Part shown: in pieces, positions 15,303 through 20,123 of the stretch
Layout: each line of letters begins with the position of its first letter
Numbering within the stretch: the stretch's first letter is position 1
Source of the DNA: Candidatus Hodarchaeota archaeon
GTDB taxonomy: Archaea > Asgardarchaeota > Heimdallarchaeia > Hodarchaeales > Hodarchaeaceae
Assembly (NCBI GenBank): GCA_016840035.1
Contig: JAEOTC010000136.1
Span: 1 to 20,123 of the forward strand
Direction of reading: 5' to 3'
DNA length: 20,123 nucleotides
Made by a program: the position numbers and the translations under genes
The notes under the pieces: model-generated
What the model was told of the DNA's origin: nothing
The model's input: the letters and a program-made list of their open reading frames with translations, nothing else
Databases searched by the model: none

Positions 15303-16937
15303 ATGCGTACGTATGATAAGATATTAGCACGAATAATTATAATATTTCTACTTTTTCTTAGCATATGGCTTGCAATCATATTGATCGACATGGATTCACC
15401 TTTACGTACTTTTTTGGCCTATTCCAGTTTAGGTCTCTTAGCTTTAGGAATTATCTTCATAATACTTGAGATTTACAATCTAAAAATGGAAAGAAAACTG
15501 ATTAATGATAATCTAGATGATCTCGAAACAAAGGGAGTACGAGTCTACAGGAAGAAATTTGAGAAGCTTTTATATTCTCGCGATGTAGCAGATCTTCCAA
15601 AACTAGCAAAATTACTTTTTAACTTTAATACTATCGCAATTTTACAACCTACTAACCTACAGGAATTGAAAGATTGCTTAAAGGTATGCGAAAAGTTCTC
15701 AATTCCGATTATACCTCGGGGGGCTGGAACAGGAGGATATGGTGGGGTTTTACCAACACAAAATGGGATTATCATTATACTGTCCCAAGTAAAAGAGATT
15801 CTACTATTTAATCCCGAAACCGAAACTGTAGAGGTGGAAACAGGAATCACCTGGGGAAGGTTGAGAGAATTTCTTCTTCGAAAGGGATATGATCTTTTTA
15901 CTTATCCATCCTCGGCTCCTTCTTCGTCCATCGGAGGGTGGATTGCTTCTGGTGGCTATGGAATCGGCAGTAGCAAATTTGGGGATGTTTCAGGGAGTGT
16001 TCAATCAATAGCATTAGTAGGATTGAACGGAGAAGAAATCCTCTTAGATAAAACATCAGACTTTGTAGGTAATTTTGGGACTTTAGGTATTGTTTGGAAA
16101 GCTACGTTAAAGATACGTAAAGTTATTCAATTACATCATATTGCTTTAGGTCTAAAATCAGATAAGGAAACCATTGAGGTATACAATCTTCTCCAGAAAA
16201 CAGATCCATACTATTTAAGGTATATTGATAAAAAAAGTCTTGATTGGACACTAACTAAGGAAAAAAACGGATCTGAAATTGGGTATACCGATTTTGGTGT
16301 TCTTGCAGCTACCTTTTTAGAACCAGATTGGGTAACGTCCCAAGAAATAATCGATAATATTGATGGAGCTTTATCTGACAGTGTTAGTGATGAATTATGG
16401 GAGGATAGGTTTTACACATTACGAATAAAAAGAGGAGGCCCATCACTAATCATCAGTGAGGTTATTATACCATCTAATACGCTTAATACATTTTTAGCTA
16501 AATTAGAAAATTGGTTTTTGAAAGACAAATACAGTATCGAAGTCATTGCCCTAGATAAAGAAAGATCGATGGTCATGATCTGGTTTCCAACAGACCAACG
16601 GAAACATACATTACCGATCATAGGTTCTCTCCCCTATCTACTTCATTGGTTTAGATCTTTTCAAGTAATCAAAATTGCCTGGGATGTAGGTGGTTCTACA
16701 TATAACAATGGAGGGCTATGGTTAAGTCCATTTCCAGCTGAAGAAAATCGTGAACATATGAAACAAATTTTATGGCGTAAACAGGAGACAGATCCTCTTA
16801 ATCTCTTCAATCCAGGAAAAATTCAAGGCATAAGAATACCACGCTTCTTTCCGATTATTACTTGGGGCTTATTTTTAAAGATCGGTTTGCCTATATTTCG
16901 TGTAGGATATCGCATATTACCAAAACGTTATCGTTAA
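15303..16937 (+). CDS. FAD-binding (PCMH-type, GlcD/VAO superfamily) oxidoreductase with two N-terminal TM helices
   Basis: PIIPRGAGTGGYGG, VEVETGITW, YPSSAPSSSIGGWIASGG, GNFGTLGIVWKATLKI and C-terminal DPLNLFNPGK. Hydrophobic segments at aa ~7-29 and ~37-58. Confidence 0.88.
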   Translation: MRTYDKILARIIIIFLLFLSIWLAIILIDMDSPLRTFLAYSSLGLLALGIIFIILEIYNLKMERKLINDNLDDLETKGVRVYRKKFEKLLYSRDVADLPKLAKLLFNFNTIAILQPTNLQELKDCLKVCEKFSIPIIPRGAGTGGYGGVLPTQNGIIIILSQVKEILLFNPETETVEVETGITWGRLREFLLRKGYDLFTYPSSAPSSSIGGWIASGGYGIGSSKFGDVSGSVQSIALVGLNGEEILLDKTSDFVGNFGTLGIVWKATLKIRKVIQLHHIALGLKSDKETIEVYNLLQKTDPYYLRYIDKKSLDWTLTKEKNGSEIGYTDFGVLAATFLEPDWVTSQEIIDNIDGALSDSVSDELWEDRFYTLRIKRGGPSLIISEVIIPSNTLNTFLAKLENWFLKDKYSIEVIALDKERSMVMIWFPTDQRKHTLPIIGSLPYLLHWFRSFQVIKIAWDVGGSTYNNGGLWLSPFPAEENREHMKQILWRKQETDPLNLFNPGKIQGIRIPRFFPIITWGLFLKIGLPIFRVGYRILPKRYR

Positions 16938-16965
16938 TTCAAAAATAGTCCAAAAGCTAGATTTA

Positions 16966-17748
16966 CTATTCCTTCTTCATGATACTTCGAATAAAATCCT
17001 CTATTTCATTGAAGGCAGGTTCTGCATCTGAGGGTTGTAAATACCATCGTAATGAAGTGGTGTTCATAGTATACTTTCTCTTTTCTTCAGCACTAGTTAG
17101 CTTATCAAAAATAAAATCTACTGCACCTTCTGCAGTTTGGGTATTTATGACAAGAGTAGGTTGAGAGATATTGGCTAATCGATGATTAGTGAACCCGATG
17201 ACTCGGTAAAGCTCAATTAAAGCTGTTGTAGGGCGCTTAGAGTAAAAGAATTGCCCTTGATCGCGTAAATCGTCGTTTACATTCTCTTCAACCATTGCAA
17301 AGTCTTTTTTGAAGAATTTAACAAAAGGAAGGATATTCTTCACAAGGGCAGAAGGGGAATGTTGACTCGGAGAAATTAAAATGAGTCCATTTATTCTAAC
17401 ACTGAGATGAGACGCGGCAAGGATTGTAGCTAAAACAGATCCGAGTGCCACCCCAATAACAAAAACATGTGAATATAAATCTTTCAAGTAATACAAAGAA
17501 TCTCGGGCAACTGCGTACCAATCTAACCAAGTAGTGTTTCCGAGATCTTCAGGTACACTCCCATGTCCAGGCAGTAAAGGGGCAATTCCAGAATAACCCT
17601 TATTACGAAGATACAATCCTAGAGGGCGAACTTCACTTGGTGAAGCAGTAAATGAGTGTAATAAGAGACAGCTAGTGTTTTTATTCTCATCAGTTCCTTG
17701 AAACTCAAATGGTAAAGCAAGGGGGTCTACATCATGCATTTTAATCAT
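16966..17748 (-). CDS. Alpha/beta hydrolase fold protein (Est30/YvaK/monoacylglycerol lipase-like) with the catalytic triad apparently lost
   Basis: LLLHSFTASPSEVRPLG, APLLPGHGSVPEDL and TWLDW are family scaffold motifs. The nucleophile elbow reads GVALG instead of GxSxG. Confidence 0.85.
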   Translation of the reverse strand: MIKMHDVDPLALPFEFQGTDENKNTSCLLLHSFTASPSEVRPLGLYLRNKGYSGIAPLLPGHGSVPEDLGNTTWLDWYAVARDSLYYLKDLYSHVFVIGVALGSVLATILAASHLSVRINGLILISPSQHSPSALVKNILPFVKFFKKDFAMVEENVNDDLRDQGQFFYSKRPTTALIELYRVIGFTNHRLANISQPTLVINTQTAEGAVDFIFDKLTSAEEKRKYTMNTTSLRWYLQPSDAEPAFNEIEDFIRSIMKKE

Positions 17749-17864
17749 TCTTTCAAGTTTTTACTAAAGCTTATGCTAGTGTTATAATTTTGATTAATAG
17801 TATGCTACTCATTTGAAATTCTGGACATAGAGAGAAATAATGTTCTATAATCATTTCCAAAAAG

Positions 17865-17881
17865 ATAAAAGGCTTTTTAAT
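17865..17881 (+). promoter_or_regulatory. Putative BRE/TATA positioned for a leaderless transcript starting near ATG 17903
   Basis: ATAAAAGGC-TTTTTAAT, with the TATA-like box 22-29 nt upstream of the in-frame ATG at 17903. Confidence 0.45.
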
Positions 17882-17902
17882 TTATGGTTATTTATGAAAT
17901 CT

Positions 17903-18673
17903 ATGAGTACACTCCGTACGGGGGTTCAGTCACTAGATCTATTTCTTGGAGGAGAAGATGACCCGGGATTACCAAATAAAAGTGTCATTCTAGTCTTAGG
18001 AGAACCTGGTACGAAATTTGAAGTTTTTACTCAGCAAATTCTTTTTCATATCCTAAGGTCAGGAGCTACTGAAAAAGTAGTTTATTTAAATTATGATGGA
18101 AGACCAATGGAGATTGTAGAAGAATTAGCCATTTATAATTTTCAGCTAGAACCATTTATTGTCGCAAATAATAAATGGAAATTTATGGACGCATTTTCAG
18201 CTAGGATAGCAGCTGAAGGAGCTGTTATTGGTTATCAAGCAGAGGCTGGTGTTGATCTCGAGGATAGATACGCTCAAGATTCGCTCCGATTCTTTACTAG
18301 AAGGTTTATCCCCGAGATTATGCAGTATGATAACGTCTGTACATGTATTCATTCAGTTTCATCACTACTCAGAACAAATTCAATTGAGAGTGTTTCAATT
18401 GCAATTGAGACTCTGAAGTACGTAGTCCGGGATTTAGGGTCTGGTTTACACTTTATACTGATGGTAAAAAACTTACATGATCCAAATGTCGAGGTTTTAG
18501 CATCTCACATTGCAGATTTTGTTTTTGATATCTCATTTGGACGTGTTGGTGCGGGTAAGATATCAATCAACTTTTCTGTTCAAAAAGCATGGAAATCAGT
18601 ATTACTACCCATTTCTGTACCAATGACTATTGATCGGAAAGGTATTAGATTGGAAACAACGGTACGAGTTTAA
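17903..18673 (+). CDS. RAD55/KaiC-like (RecA-fold) single-domain ATPase homolog with degenerate Walker motifs
   Basis: LRTGVQSLDLFLGG..GLPNKSVILVLGEPGT, FMDAFS, HIADFVFDI and IDRKGIRLET match archaeal RAD55/KaiC-like proteins. I moved the start from 17840 to 17903 (17894 is an alternative) because family similarity begins there. Confidence 0.85.
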   Translation: MSTLRTGVQSLDLFLGGEDDPGLPNKSVILVLGEPGTKFEVFTQQILFHILRSGATEKVVYLNYDGRPMEIVEELAIYNFQLEPFIVANNKWKFMDAFSARIAAEGAVIGYQAEAGVDLEDRYAQDSLRFFTRRFIPEIMQYDNVCTCIHSVSSLLRTNSIESVSIAIETLKYVVRDLGSGLHFILMVKNLHDPNVEVLASHIADFVFDISFGRVGAGKISINFSVQKAWKSVLLPISVPMTIDRKGIRLETTVRV

Positions 18674-18689
18674 TGAATTCCTCATAAAT

Positions 18690-19664
18690 CTAAGTATTTG
18701 TTATTAATCTTAGAAAATCTCTGGTGCCTGTTGCTAATCCTAAAAGGAATACGACCCATAATAACCATCGTTCTAAATTACGATTTTCGAAACCTCGTAG
18801 TGACCAAAGAAATAATAATACTATTCCGAATTTGAGGAAGAGGAATGACCATGATCCTACAGGGGATTGGAACAGAAGAGCAGGAAGATAGTGTTTTTCC
18901 TCATAAGAGAAATATTCAATGGCAATAACGGTATTGACCGCATCAAACATTTGAGTAATCATAGCGAGTTTCTCTTCTCTTCTGATTGGCACATCTGAGA
19001 AGAATTTTTGAGACCACCAATCAGCTGCTAGGTGGAAAACTACTGCGAAAAGAGCTGTAAGTACAAGGATCGTTAGTCCACCAACCAAATTGGTTTGGTC
19101 TGAAATCAGTAATGGTACAAATGGTAAAAGAAGGAAGATTTCTAAGATAATACCTATGAGAGAAAATGTATATCTCCAGTTAGAAATGTACTTGTGTCCT
19201 TGCAAATATTCCTGAGACAAAATAATTGAAGAGATCCCTAGAACTATCGTTAATAGTATAGTTACAATATATACACCTGGTGTAACGAATACTCTATCTG
19301 CGAATAACTCATAGGGGGGAATTACATCTCCGCTAACCGCAACATCTTGTAATGCTCTTAATGTGGATCCAATAAATATGTAAGGTAATATAGCAACGAA
19401 AAACTCATTATCCATACGAATGGGAGCAAATGTATCTTCTCCCCATCGTTGTAGACCCCATTTATTCAAACGAACTATGATTTTTCCAACAAGAAAAATC
19501 GCAAGAATTCCAAGTGAACAGTATATTATTGTGTTGTAAAGGTTGTAACCTGGTGCTGAGAAGAAATAAGTGTCAAAAAATGCTATTGGATCTGAGAATA
19601 GTAATCCTAAGTCATCCATCAGCGTTTCAAAGAAATTATTGGAGGGATTCTGAACTGTAGTCAT
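18690..19664 (-). CDS. DUF63 family archaeal membrane protein
   Basis: PGYNLYNTIIY, LPYIFIGSTLRALQD, FVTPGVY, QMFDAVNT, YEEKHYLP and LGLATGTRDFLRL are recognisable DUF63 motifs. Confidence 0.85.
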   Translation of the reverse strand: MTTVQNPSNNFFETLMDDLGLLFSDPIAFFDTYFFSAPGYNLYNTIIYCSLGILAIFLVGKIIVRLNKWGLQRWGEDTFAPIRMDNEFFVAILPYIFIGSTLRALQDVAVSGDVIPPYELFADRVFVTPGVYIVTILLTIVLGISSIILSQEYLQGHKYISNWRYTFSLIGIILEIFLLLPFVPLLISDQTNLVGGLTILVLTALFAVVFHLAADWWSQKFFSDVPIRREEKLAMITQMFDAVNTVIAIEYFSYEEKHYLPALLFQSPVGSWSFLFLKFGIVLLFLWSLRGFENRNLERWLLWVVFLLGLATGTRDFLRLITNT

Positions 19665-19666
19665 TG

Positions 19667-20122
19667 CTAAACAAACCTTAGTGAGTGAAATAGCACGTTC
19701 TTGGCTGTTCTTTTTGAATATATCTTATTTATGCTATCAAACTTGGATGAAGGTAACTTCTTAAGGGAAACTTCTAATTTTTCGGAGGAATAATCAATGA
19801 TTGCATAATAGTAGCAAGCAAGTGGTCCAGGGTTCACATAGGTAATTCCTTTCGTTTTTTTCACAAGCGAGTATTCGTGATAATGACCAAAAATGACTAA
19901 ATTAGGTGTTACTTGTGCCACAATATCAGAAACCTTTGAAGATCCGCCCGAATTTTTAATATCTTCATTTATTTCTACTTCAAATCGGGGGGGCTCATGG
20001 GTTACTAGGATATCGACTTTCGTATTAGCTTCTGATATCTTTTGAGTTATTACATTTAAACAATCAATCCATTTCGAATTATAATCGATTTCATTAAATT
20101 CATAGTCGCATAGTGGTACAAC
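19667..20122 (-). CDS. Calcineurin-like (Icc-related) metallophosphoesterase, 5' end outside the window
   Basis: The frame of the 84-aa ORF stays open to the window edge: ...KVDILVTHEPPRF...GGSSKVSDIVAQVTPNLVIFGHYHEY...YVNPGP. The THxPP, GHxHE and NPG motifs are present. Confidence 0.88.
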   Translation of the reverse strand, partial: VVPLCDYEFNEIDYNSKWIDCLNVITQKISEANTKVDILVTHEPPRFEVEINEDIKNSGGSSKVSDIVAQVTPNLVIFGHYHEYSLVKKTKGITYVNPGPLACYYYAIIDYSSEKLEVSLKKLPSSKFDSINKIYSKRTAKNVLFHSLRFV

Positions 20123-20123
20123 A

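Noticed and set aside
17840-17902. N-terminal extension of the KaiC-like ORF from ATG 17840
   Set aside because: It overlaps a likely BRE/TATA, and family similarity begins at M22 (17903).
15545-18416. ORFs 15545-15850, 16412-16621, 16979-17164 and 18228-18416
   Set aside because: Short shadows within longer motif-bearing genes.
19667-19921. 84-aa ORF as a complete small protein
   Set aside because: The frame is open to the window edge and has upstream metallophosphoesterase motifs, so it is a truncated larger gene.
1-20123. CRISPR array, tRNA/rRNA, IS element or recoded stop codons
   Set aside because: No regularly spaced repeats, GC-rich structured RNA, transposase or integrase were seen. 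Intergenic gaps are short and all genes read through under the standard code.

Overview
This is a gene-dense, AT-rich window of ordinary chromosome with no rRNA, tRNA, CRISPR array or mobile element that I can support. Archaeal origin is indicated by a DUF63 membrane protein, a RAD55/KaiC-like ATPase, a Hef-type helicase, short archaeal-type M50 peptidases, GGTGA Shine-Dalgarno sites, BRE/TATA-like boxes and a sequon-rich binding protein with a C-terminal anchor. An Asgard (Heimdallarchaeia-like) host is plausible but is inference only. There are 16 complete CDS and two edge fragments. The most interesting region is a minus-strand operon at 12358-15132: HAD phosphatase, then a membrane protein ending in a perfect AN1-type zinc finger, then a site-2 protease, then a second site-2 protease. 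The extra N-terminus of the second protease looks like a diverged copy of the AN1 protein's membrane domain. This suggests a duplicated and fused intramembrane proteolysis or membrane quality-control module. The window also holds three intact ORFs with degenerate catalytic motifs (Hef-like helicase, carboxylesterase, KaiC-like ATPase). Other notable genes are an output-less HAMP receptor divergent from an orphan solute-binding protein, a 661-aa all-helical protein with 11-residue periodicity, and a NUDT6-like Nudix hydrolase. All family assignments come from visual motif recognition; no searches were run.
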